NCBI GenBank assembly: GCA_963729715.1
Contig: CAVSPA010000003.1
Span: forward strand, 160,001 to 224,000
Reading direction: 5' to 3'
DNA length: 64,000 bases
Source of the DNA: an uncultured delta proteobacterium
GTDB lineage: Bacteria > Desulfobacterota > Syntrophia > Syntrophales > UBA2185
Numbering within the stretch: position 1 is the stretch's first letter; each line of letters opens with the position of its first letter. Positions 17,655 through 27,289 of the stretch are shown here, piece after piece. Under the pieces are notes generated by a model that ran no database searches, was not told where the DNA came from, and worked only from the letters and a program-made list of their open reading frames with translations. A program made the position numbers and the translations under genes.

Positions 17655-17930
17655 ATGAAAAAAATATTTAAGACATTAGTCCTCGCGGTATTTGTAGTTC
17701 TCTTGACGGCAACATTCGGCTTCGCCGAGTACACAGCTACAGGCGTAAGCGAATTCCCGTATTTTCAGCTTGGTTGTCTGATTGTTGGCGGGATGACGAT
17801 CATCTCTCTGAAGCAAAAATATCAGAAGATATATACCGGCGAATTGATGGGCGTGTTCACGATGTATACTATTCTCATCGCCCTCTTCACGGCGCCGGTT
17901 TTCAATGCCATCAAAACTTTGGTAAGCTAA
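17655..17930 (+). CDS. Small membrane protein of unknown function
   Basis: AGGAG RBS; signal peptide plus two TM helices. Confidence 0.8.
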   Translation: MKKIFKTLVLAVFVVLLTATFGFAEYTATGVSEFPYFQLGCLIVGGMTIISLKQKYQKIYTGELMGVFTMYTILIALFTAPVFNAIKTLVS

Positions 17931-17997
17931 GGAAATTAACGAGCCCGGCGTTTAGGGCGGTTTGGCTATCGATCTTGGAGGAAAGGAGGTTAAGGCC

Positions 17998-18234
17998 ATG
18001 TTAATGACGAACAAGACACAACAAGACCGCAAGATGTACAGCGCGATTTTCATGCTGAGTTCGTGGGGGTTTGTCATCGTGATTGCCTCATTCCTCTTTC
18101 TCTATATGGGACACAAACTGGACGAGCTTCTCGGTACCTCTCCCAACTTTATGCTCGGTTTGTTTTTCCTGGCCATATTTGCCTGCATCGGCAGGTTGTA
18201 TCAGGATGCGTGGTTGAAGCGAAAGGATGTCTGA
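17998..18234 (+). CDS. AtpZ/AtpI-family small membrane protein
   Basis: AGGAGG RBS; G-x-KLDELLGTSP-x-F-x-LG helix-loop-helix pattern. Confidence 0.75.
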   Translation: MLMTNKTQQDRKMYSAIFMLSSWGFVIVIASFLFLYMGHKLDELLGTSPNFMLGLFFLAIFACIGRLYQDAWLKRKDV

Positions 18235-18294
18235 GATCATCCTCCCCCTGCGGAAAACATAAAAGATATTTTCACGATCTGTGATCCTCGTCAA

Positions 18295-18332
18295 AGCCCC
18301 TCTGCTACCGAATAGAGGGGCTCAATTTTTTT
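18295..18332 (+). terminator. Rho-independent terminator
   Basis: AGCCCCTCT...AGAGGGGCT followed by a T-run. Confidence 0.7.
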
Positions 18333-18605
18333 GTCCCGGACCGGAAGCGCTTCCTTCATCCATTCCGCCTCTGCTCTCGCGTCTCCACAAAAATTGTCTT
18401 TCATTGCCCGTACTGACTCTGGTATATTTAATTCATGAGACGTGTCTTTTCCAGGCGACTAACTATTTCAAGATGATAATTGAAACAGACTAAAGCCGCA
18501 GCTGGGGCAATATCACATACAATCAGGGGGAAATGGCTACATGGCCAAATCATATCTGGCGATTATTACCCAAAGGGAAATGGACCGGCGTCCGGGAGCG
18601 GCAGG

Positions 18606-21581
18606 ATGACAGCATCCAATGGATGTCCGATCCCGACACTTGATGCAGGAGTTCTGCTCTCTGGATTCCGTGTCCTCCGCGTTCTACAGATCCCGGAAAT
18701 ACGAATAACTGCATATGAACTGGAGCATTTAATAACAGGCGCGAAAGTCCTTCACCTTCACTGCGATGACCGCGAGAATCTCTATACCGTGGGTTTTCGC
18801 ACACCGCCGGAAAATTCCACGGGCGTTCCCCATATTCTTGAACATTCTGTGCTTGCCGGTTCAGAGCGATATCCGCTGAGGGATGTCTTCAACGAACTGC
18901 ACAGGGGGACGCTGCAGACATTCATCAACGCCTTTACGTATCCGGATAAGACCATCTATCCTGTAGCGAGTCAAGTGAGGGCCGATTTCTTCAATCTCGC
19001 CCGCGTATATACGGATCTGGTGCTGAGACCCCGACTGTTGAAGGAGACGTTCCGTCAGGAGGGGCACCACCTGGAATTCTCCAATCCGGAAGATTCGGCA
19101 AGCGAACTTATCATCTCGGGGATCGTCTTCAATGAAATGAAGGGCGCTTATTCCTCCCCCGAGGCCCTGATGTACAAGGCCATTCAGCAGCATCTCTATC
19201 CAGACACCCCGTATTCTTTCGATTCGGGAGGAGACCCCGATGATATCCCGCTTCTCACCTACGAGCATTTCAAGGCATTCCATCGCGCCTACTACTCGCC
19301 GACAAATGCACGCTTCCTTCTCTACGGCGATATTCCAACGGCGGACCATCTGGCTTTTTTGGAAGAGATGCTTGCAGGCTTCGATCGTGTGGAAGTGGAC
19401 TCGACAATAAAGAGTCAATCAAGATGGCAGGAGCCGGCGTCCATCCACGGCTCCTATCCTATCGCTAAAGAAGACGACCCGAGAAAAAAAACAGCCGTCA
19501 ACATTGGATGGATGATGGCGGAGAACGTCGAGTATGAAACAGCACTTCTCCTTCAGATAGTTTCGGGTATGCTGGTTGGAAGCGCTGCCGGCCCCCTGCG
19601 CAAGGCCCTCATCGATTCCGGGCTCGGTGAAGACCTGTCTCCGCTTACGGGAGTAGAGCCCGATCTCAAGCAGATAGCATTTATCGTAGGACTGCGGGGT
19701 ACGGATCCTGATAAAGCGCGGCGCATCGAAGCATTGATCATCGTTACGCTAAAGGATATTGCAAAATCCGGCTTTGACCGTACCCTCGTCGAAGGGACTC
19801 TTCACCAAGTGGAATTCAACGGCAAGGAGATTATACGCAGCACGTATCCGTACGGGATCAGACTCATGGGAAGGGCCTACCACACCTGGCTGTATGATGG
19901 TGATCCCCTCGATGGCATGAATTTCCCGCGGGCCATCGAAAACATCCGCGGGAAATGGGAAGCGAACCCGGAGCTTTTTCAGGAGATCGTGAGGAAATGG
20001 TTTCTTGACAATCCTCACCGATTGCTATCCGTCATGGAGCCAAGTACGACCTACCAAGCGGAACAGGATGAAGCCTTCAAAAAAAAGATGGCTTTGCTTA
20101 AGGTATCACTTTCCAGCGACGATCTGAATAAGATCAGGAGGGACGCCCAAGCCTTGAAAAAATTCCAGGATGAGACGGATGCACCCGAGGCTGCGTCGGC
20201 CCTGCCAAGACTCAGCATCGGCGATATATCGCGTTCGATAGAAACGATTCCCACGACAAAGGCGGCAATGGAAAATGTCCCGGTCATGATGCATGACATT
20301 TTTGCCAATGGCATAGGATACCTCGACCTGGCGTTTGATGTATCTGACGTATCGGAAGACCTTCAGCCCTATCTACCCCTCATGGCAAAGCTGATTGTCA
20401 ATATGGGGGCGGCAGGCCTCGACTACGAAGAAATGGCAAAACGCATTATGTTGAAGACGGGGGGAATAGGTTATCATCTGTCTGCAGGCATGACCATGGA
20501 CGGTAGGAATAGCTGGCAAAAGCTGATCTTTAGCGTTAAGGCCCTGCACAGAAATATCGCAGACGCAGTAGGCATAATCTCCGATATCCTTATAGCAGGG
20601 GATATGTCGAATGAAATCAGGATGCGTGAGCTGATTGCAGAAAGGAAAAATGACCTTCATGCTTCTGTTATTCCTTCGGGCCATACTTTTGCACGGAGGT
20701 CCGCAGGTCAGGCTTTATCCATAGCGGCATACAGGGACGAACAATGGTACGGCAGGACGCAGCTTAAGTTCGTCAATATGATAGCTGATAAATTCGACGA
20801 AAGAAAAAAGGAACTTCTCGAGCGGGTGACTTTTCTGCAACACATGGTTTTCAGAAAAGACAGGCTGCACATTAATTTAACAGCAGACGCAGAAGGACTT
20901 TCTCTTCTGACAGAAAGTGCGGCTGATTTCGTCGGGCGCTTATCCGCTGGCGGCGGTACAGGAAGCTCGAGTGTCCCGTCTTGCTCTACGGTTCATGCAG
21001 GCATTGCCATTCCAGCCCAGGTCTCGTACGTGGCAAAGGTTCTTCAGGCGCCTGCATACGCCGACCCGCTTTCCGCCCCCATGTTTGTTCTGGCCCGGGA
21101 ATTGTCGAGCGGGTATCTGTACAAGCATATCAGGGTTCAGGGGGGAGCCTATGGGGGCATGTCGCAGTATGACCCGACGAGCGGCATCTTCGCCTTGCTG
21201 TCATACAGGGACCCCAACATAATCAACACCCTGAATGTTTACCACAGGGCGGAGGAATTCATCTCGCACAACAGGATCTCCGCGGAGGAACTGGAGAAGA
21301 CCATTATCGGAACAATAGGTTCTCTCGACAAACCCATGGATCCTTCGAGTAAGGGATATGTCGCAATGATTCGTGGCTTCACAGGTCTCACAGATATAGA
21401 TCGCCTGAAGTTCAGGCACATGATCCTTGACATGACTCCGGAACTGTTGTTGGAAGCAGCCTCGCGTTATTTCGCAAGGGCAGCGGAAACGGCGGTCATT
21501 GCCGTATATTCTTCGTTTGAAAACCTTCAAAGGGCCAATGAAATCTTGGAGCCGAAGCTTGAAATAGAGCCGCTGGTTTGA
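18606..21581 (+). CDS. M16C metallopeptidase (presequence protease PreP-like / insulinase family)
   Basis: HxxEH motif GVPHILEHSVLAGS; NAFTYPDKTIYP; GIVFNEMKG; IRVQGGAYG; SYRDP. Start position uncertain. Confidence 0.93.
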   Translation: MTASNGCPIPTLDAGVLLSGFRVLRVLQIPEIRITAYELEHLITGAKVLHLHCDDRENLYTVGFRTPPENSTGVPHILEHSVLAGSERYPLRDVFNELHRGTLQTFINAFTYPDKTIYPVASQVRADFFNLARVYTDLVLRPRLLKETFRQEGHHLEFSNPEDSASELIISGIVFNEMKGAYSSPEALMYKAIQQHLYPDTPYSFDSGGDPDDIPLLTYEHFKAFHRAYYSPTNARFLLYGDIPTADHLAFLEEMLAGFDRVEVDSTIKSQSRWQEPASIHGSYPIAKEDDPRKKTAVNIGWMMAENVEYETALLLQIVSGMLVGSAAGPLRKALIDSGLGEDLSPLTGVEPDLKQIAFIVGLRGTDPDKARRIEALIIVTLKDIAKSGFDRTLVEGTLHQVEFNGKEIIRSTYPYGIRLMGRAYHTWLYDGDPLDGMNFPRAIENIRGKWEANPELFQEIVRKWFLDNPHRLLSVMEPSTTYQAEQDEAFKKKMALLKVSLSSDDLNKIRRDAQALKKFQDETDAPEAASALPRLSIGDISRSIETIPTTKAAMENVPVMMHDIFANGIGYLDLAFDVSDVSEDLQPYLPLMAKLIVNMGAAGLDYEEMAKRIMLKTGGIGYHLSAGMTMDGRNSWQKLIFSVKALHRNIADAVGIISDILIAGDMSNEIRMRELIAERKNDLHASVIPSGHTFARRSAGQALSIAAYRDEQWYGRTQLKFVNMIADKFDERKKELLERVTFLQHMVFRKDRLHINLTADAEGLSLLTESAADFVGRLSAGGGTGSSSVPSCSTVHAGIAIPAQVSYVAKVLQAPAYADPLSAPMFVLARELSSGYLYKHIRVQGGAYGGMSQYDPTSGIFALLSYRDPNIINTLNVYHRAEEFISHNRISAEELEKTIIGTIGSLDKPMDPSSKGYVAMIRGFTGLTDIDRLKFRHMILDMTPELLLEAASRYFARAAETAVIAVYSSFENLQRANEILEPKLEIEPLV

Positions 21582-21676
21582 TTTTCCATGGGATATCATA
21601 GCCGGCGCCAAAAACAAGAGCTGTATAGGAGCTTTGGAGAGCACCTAAGCAGCGCTCGCAAGTAAAGTTGACAGCG

Positions 21677-22432
21677 ATGAAAAGGAACCGTGACTTCCTC
21701 AGAGATCTGAGCAGTGTCACACACAGGCCATGCACGTATTTTCCTGAAATCACGGCCCCTGTGGAAGAGGCCTTTTTGTGGGATGCAAATCTTTCTCCCC
21801 GGCAGACTGACGAATTTCTTGCGCGGGGTTGGCGTCATGTCTCGTCGTATTTCTATCGTAACAGCTGCAGCAATTGCCGCCGCTGCCTGCCCATCCGCGC
21901 GCCTGTGGAGAAGTTCGCACCTTCAAAGAGCCAGCGTCGCGTCCTTAGAAAAAACGCAGAGACTGAATTCAAGATGTTTGAGCCTGCGGAGTTTGCCGTC
22001 AAGCATATCAAGAAAAGCCTTTCGATCTATAACAGGTTTCTGCGTATCCGGTATCATAGACCTTCGTGTGATTTGGACGGATACTTCAATGAATTTTTTG
22101 TGTCGCCAACGCGGCTTCTCGTCTCTGCATTGTTTATAGACGGCAGGCTTGCAGGGAACGGATTCCTTGATCTCGGAGAAATATCCCTCTCCACCATCTA
22201 CTTCTCTTTCGAGCCGCGGTTCAGTTCCTTCTCTCCCGGAACCTTTTCCATCATGAAGGAGATCGAGTGGGCCCGCGACAGGGGTCTTAAATATTACTAC
22301 CTGGGGTATTGTATAAAGGAGATCAGCGCGATGCGATACAAGGGATTATTCCGGCCGGCAGAACTCCTCGACTTTGATAAGGGGGAATGGAAAGAAATGC
22401 ATAGATTAATGGAAGAATATAAATCAGTTTGA
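21677..22432 (+). CDS. Arginyl-tRNA-protein transferase family (ATE1-like; bacterial Bpt)
   Basis: PCTY; ARGWR; CSNCRRCLPIR; PSKSQRRVLRKN; SPGTFSI; YYYLGY; MRYK. Confidence 0.88.
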   Translation: MKRNRDFLRDLSSVTHRPCTYFPEITAPVEEAFLWDANLSPRQTDEFLARGWRHVSSYFYRNSCSNCRRCLPIRAPVEKFAPSKSQRRVLRKNAETEFKMFEPAEFAVKHIKKSLSIYNRFLRIRYHRPSCDLDGYFNEFFVSPTRLLVSALFIDGRLAGNGFLDLGEISLSTIYFSFEPRFSSFSPGTFSIMKEIEWARDRGLKYYYLGYCIKEISAMRYKGLFRPAELLDFDKGEWKEMHRLMEEYKSV

Positions 22433-23164
22433 GTCAAGTATTTCTTTCAAGCTCGCCGCATTTTTCGGGGCGTAGCCGCCGAAGTCATTGTCGAAATAGA
22501 CATAGGTATCTCTCTTCTACTGCCTTATTTTTCCCGCCCACGCCTTGAGTTCTTCTTCCGTGTAGTCGGATGCATAGAGTTTTCTGGCGCCGTGGAGGCG
22601 GATGTAGATGAAATCGGCCGTTACAAATTCGCCGTATGGATAGCGGCCGGCCGTATCGGATATGCAGAAGGCGATGCTGTGTTTTCCAAGCTTTGTCATA
22701 ACCCTGTCGTTGAGCCAGCTTTTGTGGCGCACCTCGAGAGCGCTCAGGTGATTGTATATTTCGAGGTTCTTGCAGAATTCGTCAAATATGTCTTCGCGAA
22801 AGATGAGGCTAGGTGGAAGCCGAAAAAGGACGGGCCCGAGCTTTTCCTTAAGTGTCCTGGCGGCACTGAAGAATTTTTCTAAAGCTTCGCCCGTATCCCA
22901 CAACCGCTTGACGTGCGTTATATACCGGTTGGCTTTGACGGCCCACAGGAACCCTTCAGGAGTTGTACGTCTCCAGTTCTTAAAGGTTTCCGGTTTGGGA
23001 AGACCATAGAATGTGGCGTTGACTTCGACAGTTGCGAAGTTTTGGGCGTAGAAACGAAGCCATGCCGATTTAGCAAGTGTGGCGGGATAAAAAACACCTC
23101 TCCAGTGCTCATAATTCCAGCCGGATGTGCCGATATAGATACAAGGGATCATTTTCTTTGACAT
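22424..23164 (-). pseudogene. DUF72-domain protein with an in-frame TAG near the C-terminus
   Basis: IGTSGWNYEHW, VEVNATFY, YIRLHG. After the TAG at 22517-19 the frame continues KRDTYVYFDNDFGGYAPKNAASLKEIL to TGA 22424. Confidence 0.8.
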
Positions 23165-23281
23165 AAAATCCTATTTGTCCTATAATCAACAGTAATATTG
23201 CACTATTTTTAACACACAGGTATAACTCTTATACAAAAATCGGATAAATTAAAAAAAACCACAATGAAGGGAGATGGGGCA

Positions 23282-23629
23282 ATGAGAAAGGTTCATTCAT
23301 GTTTACTGTTGATTTTTCTACTTGCTGCAACGGGTTGCGCGTCGTTACAATCGCACTATGTCGGCATCAATCCCCAGAGCAGCGATGAGGCTATTGCCTA
23401 TTACACGACTGGTCTAACCTTCGCCTCGCAGGGTCAGCACAGAGACGCAATTGGAGAGTTCAGAAAGGCCATCGCAGCCGACCCTAATTTCGCCGAGGCT
23501 TACCTTGGTTTGAGCAAGTCCTACTATGCCACTAACAATTACGACTTTGCCCTCTATTACAACGTTAAGCATTATGAGACCGAGGTCTCTCGGGATTACA
23601 CATACAGCTATCGCCTGGACGTAGACTGA
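23282..23629 (+). CDS. TPR-repeat lipoprotein
   Basis: Lipobox ATGC; TPR segment AIGEFRKAIAADPNFAEAYLGL. Confidence 0.8.
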   Translation: MRKVHSCLLLIFLLAATGCASLQSHYVGINPQSSDEAIAYYTTGLTFASQGQHRDAIGEFRKAIAADPNFAEAYLGLSKSYYATNNYDFALYYNVKHYETEVSRDYTYSYRLDVD

Positions 23630-24182
23630 CAGCCGGAATCTGATAGAGATAGATGGGATCCGCATGGATGGGTGATTCGGGATAAAGTAATTCTGTGTGA
23701 CGCCATCCCGGAAGCGGGAAATTGCAGGAAATAACGCGGGTCCCCGGACGAAGTTCTTTCTCGAGTTTGTGAGCGAGCCTGCCCATGACGTCGGGGAAAA
23801 GATAACAGAAAACCACATCGGCATCTCGGACATTCACATTCCAGAAATTCTTGAACCTCACCTCAATCCCTTCCATCCCGATAGTGCGCAGGCGCGCCAA
23901 CGTATAAGCGAGAGGATTTACCTCGAACCCCAGCGCCCGGACACCATAGCGCTTCTTCGCTTCCCTGAGAACCCTCCCATCCCCGCACCCGACATCAACG
24001 AGAAGATCACCCACCTTCATCGGTACGTGATCGAGGAACGTCCTGACTCTGACCTGGGCAGAGGGGTGGAACATGGCTCCCTGCGTAATCGGAAATACGG
24101 AGACAAGGGAAAAGGCTAAGAGAAATTTGCAGACAATGAGAATCCCCATAGTCGTAAGAAGTATTATAATCCAGTATGGCAT
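23565..24182 (-). CDS. Class I SAM-dependent methyltransferase, membrane-anchored
   Basis: DVGCGDGR; GFEVNP; DVVFCYLFP; ELRPGTRVIS. Confidence 0.88.
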   Translation of the reverse strand: MPYWIIILLTTMGILIVCKFLLAFSLVSVFPITQGAMFHPSAQVRVRTFLDHVPMKVGDLLVDVGCGDGRVLREAKKRYGVRALGFEVNPLAYTLARLRTIGMEGIEVRFKNFWNVNVRDADVVFCYLFPDVMGRLAHKLEKELRPGTRVISCNFPLPGWRHTELLYPESPIHADPIYLYQIPAVSLRPGDSCMCNPERPRSHNA

Positions 24183-24257
24183 ATTTTTCCCTATGTCATC
24201 GTGGCAGCGTCGGAGCTATGGTCATTGATTAGTGCAGCGTCCCCGAGATACATTTTT

Positions 24258-25058
24258 CTACTTCAGTATGCGCTCCAGTTCTTCACGATAGAGCGCGAAG
24301 TCGCTTAGATTGTTATGCCCGCCTCCGGGAATTGGAATTAACCGGCTTTGCGTTCTGATAAGCTTGAGGAGGCGCTCACTCGAATTGTAGGGGACAATAT
24401 CATCTTCCGTTCCGTGAAATAAATAAACAGGGCAAGGGACATCAGCAATCCACGAGTCCGTGCGCATCGGATACTTAAGGATCAAAGCTACAAGTACTCC
24501 CGGCATCAAAGGATAGTGATACTTGGCGAGGTCCCGCATGTTGAACATGGGCGACTCCAAAATGAGCATGCGAGGCCGGGTCTCTCTCGCCAGATGGACT
24601 GCAATCCCCGTCCCGATGGATCTGCCATAGACTATAATCTGATTTTCACGATAGCGTTCCTCAAGGTACGTGTAAGCAACTGCCGCATCCCGGTGCAGCA
24701 TTGCCTCGCTCTGTATCTTTCCCGTACTTTTTCCATAGCCTCTGTAATCAGGTATGAGCACATCGTATCTCAGCCTCGTGAAATCAAGGGCAACTTCACC
24801 CCAGCCGCTTAGGTTTCCCGCGTTTCCGTGGAAATAGATAATGACCCCTTTGGGATTATCTGTTTTGAAATGCAAGGCGTTAATGGCAGCGCCGTCAACA
24901 CTGAGAGTCACTTCATCAAGACGGGCGGGGAAACTGTATTGGAATTCCGGCGGGAGGACTTCCGGATAAAAGATCATGTTCTCCTGGCGGAAGTAAAAGA
25001 CGCCGCAGCCTACGATGAAACCCAAAATAACTACCAATAAAAATTTCACGAGTATCAT
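24258..25058 (-). CDS. Alpha/beta hydrolase (ABHD13/17-like)
   Basis: FHGNAGN; DYRGYGKS; GRSIG nucleophile; HGTEDDIVP; GGGHN. Confidence 0.92.
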   Translation of the reverse strand: MILVKFLLVVILGFIVGCGVFYFRQENMIFYPEVLPPEFQYSFPARLDEVTLSVDGAAINALHFKTDNPKGVIIYFHGNAGNLSGWGEVALDFTRLRYDVLIPDYRGYGKSTGKIQSEAMLHRDAAVAYTYLEERYRENQIIVYGRSIGTGIAVHLARETRPRMLILESPMFNMRDLAKYHYPLMPGVLVALILKYPMRTDSWIADVPCPVYLFHGTEDDIVPYNSSERLLKLIRTQSRLIPIPGGGHNNLSDFALYREELERILK

Positions 25059-25083
25059 CTTAAATATCCTGAAAGCGGAGAAG

Positions 25084-25134
25084 ATAAATCCGGTTGCGAG
25101 CGAATTCCCCGCAGCAAGCTGCGGAGAGCTTCAA
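25084..25134 (+). repeat. REP/MITE-like palindromic element, short form (copy B)
   Basis: ATAAATCCGGTTGCGAGCGAATTCCCCGCAGCAAGCTGCGGAGAGCTTCAA. Confidence 0.88.
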
Positions 25135-25139
25135 TGAAC

Positions 25140-25730
25140 TTATTTATGGTATTTCCTTATCACTGCCACAACAACGCCGCCAAGGCGCAGCTGTGATTTC
25201 GGTCTGATGGTCTTATATTTCGGATTGGCTGCCTCGAGGACTATGTTTCTTCCTTCTTTCCGGAAATATTTTATCGCCCATTCACCATCCACTTCCGCTA
25301 TGACAATATCGCCGTTTCGCGGCTCCCGCCCCCTTTCTACAATGACGAGGTCGCCCTCCATGATGCCCGCTCCTGTCATGGAGTCGCCACTGACCGTAAG
25401 GAGAAAGGAAGAACCCGGCCGGGCAATAAGGTACTCATCGAAGGAAATGACATCACGGATTTCCTCTTCGGCAGGGGAGGGGAAGCCAGCGGCGATGTCT
25501 CCTACCATAGGTAGTGCCAGCGAGCGGCGCGTTGGCCTTAAATATCCCCGCGCATCCTTTTCCAGCAATCCTTTGGCGAGGAGTTTGTTTACCCAGAAAT
25601 GGACAACGCTCTTAGACCTCACACCAAGGATATGGAGCATCTCGGAATAGGTCGGCATCCGCCTGTTCTCCCGGAAAAAGGCGGCGATTTTTTCCTCTAC
25701 AGTTCCGATTGTTCTCTTTCCTTCTTCCAT
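25140..25730 (-). CDS. lexA: LexA repressor (winged HTH + peptidase S24)
   Basis: MPTYSEM...RSKSVVHFWVNKL HTH; Ala-Gly cleavage site IAAGFP; catalytic Ser (GDSM) and Lys (AIKY). Confidence 0.92.
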   Translation of the reverse strand: MEEGKRTIGTVEEKIAAFFRENRRMPTYSEMLHILGVRSKSVVHFWVNKLLAKGLLEKDARGYLRPTRRSLALPMVGDIAAGFPSPAEEEIRDVISFDEYLIARPGSSFLLTVSGDSMTGAGIMEGDLVIVERGREPRNGDIVIAEVDGEWAIKYFRKEGRNIVLEAANPKYKTIRPKSQLRLGGVVVAVIRKYHK

Positions 25731-25736
25731 GGCGGA

Positions 25737-25766
25737 ATTATATTAGAACTGGCGTTCTAATGTCAA
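25737..25766 (-). promoter_or_regulatory. lexA sigma-70 promoter with an SOS box filling the -35/-10 spacer
   Basis: Minus strand reads TTGACA-TTAGAACGCCAGTTCTAA-TATAAT-TCCGCC-ATG. Confidence 0.85.
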
Positions 25767-25921
25767 GAAAAATGTTCCTGCGAGTATTGCATTGCCTCCA
25801 TGAGGAATGGCGTGATAAATAGTCATCTGCTCTTGGGAGAAAGATCTATTAATGATGGGTCCATCACTGAGGATCTTGATACAAGATAAAATATCGGCAA
25901 CAAATTGGGCGGCTATTCCTG

Positions 25922-27148
25922 GTGAAATATTTTAACAAAAGAGCGGTAATTAAGCCGATTGAAGGAATGTTTGACCGCAGCCGGAATTATCGGCGGGCAG
26001 TAGTGATCCCGTCATTGGCGGAAAGGGTGCACCTGCCCTTGACTATCAAATCGCTCTCGAACAGTATGCCGCGTGATATCCTCGACGATACCCTTGTTCT
26101 GGTGGTCGTGAACAATCGCCCGCCGGAATCGACCGACTCGGCAAATCAGACTGAACTCATGGAACAGATATATGATAACGCGCAGACGCTGAGGTGGCTG
26201 GAAGACATGAGTGCGAAGGGAGCGCTTCCGCTGGCTTGGATCGATACGTCTTCCCCAGGAAATGAACTTCCTCCCCGGGGGGGTGTCGGCCTTGCCCGGA
26301 AGATCGGATGCGACAGCGTGCTTGCTTTCTTATTGGAGCTGAGCAAACCGGATGCCCTTGATGATTTTGTTTTCTTCAGTCTTGATGCGGATGCTATCGT
26401 ATCTCCCGACTACCTGGAGACTGCGGGGCGCGAGCTCATGAAGAGTGGATGCACGGGAGGGGTCATTTCTTTCAAACACCAGGAGGCGGACTCTCCTGAG
26501 AGTCAGGCTGCCATTGACGAGTACGAGGCATTTCTAAATTACTATGTTAAAGGTCTCCGCTGGGCCGGTTCGCCATATGCCTTTCACACCATCGGCTCCT
26601 GCCTCTGCTTTACCGCTTCCGGTTACATCCGCGCCGGCGGCTTCTCCGCCCGCAGGCAGGCGGGGGAAGACTTCTACTTCTGCATGGAACTCGCCAAAAC
26701 GGGCGCTATCCGCGAAATACAAAAGACCATGGTCTTCCCTTCCGCGCGCATTTCCCGGCGCGTGCCGTTCGGCACGGGTAAGCGCATGGCGGAAGCAACC
26801 TTGGATGGCAGGAAGCCTCCTCTATCGTATGATTTTCGGGTGTTTGTCTGTCTGCGGGAACTCCTTACAGCGGTATCCACCTATACTGATGAAGGGGCTC
26901 CGCGAATATTCGCCGAACTTACGAATCACTCGACCAGGGAATTTCTGGAAAGTCGCGGATTTCCGAACATCTGGGGACGTTTCCGGAGACAATATAAAAC
27001 CGAAGACGCAATGCTTACCGCCTTCCACCGCTGGTTCGATGGATTTGTCACGCTTAAGTATATCCACCGGCTCACGGAAAAAGAATGGCCCCGGCGGTCC
27101 CTAGAGGAAATTTATCAGACCGATTGTTACCGGAGCAGCATTACTTAA
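25922..27148 (+). CDS. Glycosyltransferase family 2-like protein
   Basis: VVIPSLAE; GGVGLARKIGCD; DAD motif; GGF..RQAGEDFYF; RVPFGTG. Confidence 0.78.
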   Translation: MKYFNKRAVIKPIEGMFDRSRNYRRAVVIPSLAERVHLPLTIKSLSNSMPRDILDDTLVLVVVNNRPPESTDSANQTELMEQIYDNAQTLRWLEDMSAKGALPLAWIDTSSPGNELPPRGGVGLARKIGCDSVLAFLLELSKPDALDDFVFFSLDADAIVSPDYLETAGRELMKSGCTGGVISFKHQEADSPESQAAIDEYEAFLNYYVKGLRWAGSPYAFHTIGSCLCFTASGYIRAGGFSARRQAGEDFYFCMELAKTGAIREIQKTMVFPSARISRRVPFGTGKRMAEATLDGRKPPLSYDFRVFVCLRELLTAVSTYTDEGAPRIFAELTNHSTREFLESRGFPNIWGRFRRQYKTEDAMLTAFHRWFDGFVTLKYIHRLTEKEWPRRSLEEIYQTDCYRSSIT

Positions 27149-27236
27149 TTTGCATCCGCGCCTGCCGTACCGGTCATATATTCTGTTTCCACGTTTGCGT
27201 CTGCATCGTAGGCTTTTGTCGCGATGGCACAGCGCG

Positions 27237-27287
27237 TTGAGGCTCTCTGCAGCAAGCTACGGGGAATACGCTCGCTACCGAATTCAC
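27237..27287 (-). repeat. REP/MITE-like palindromic element, short form (copy C)
   Basis: Reverse complement GTGAATTCGGTAGCGAGCGTATTCCCCGTAGCTTGCTGCAGAGAGCCTCAA. Confidence 0.88.
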
Positions 27288-27289
27288 AA

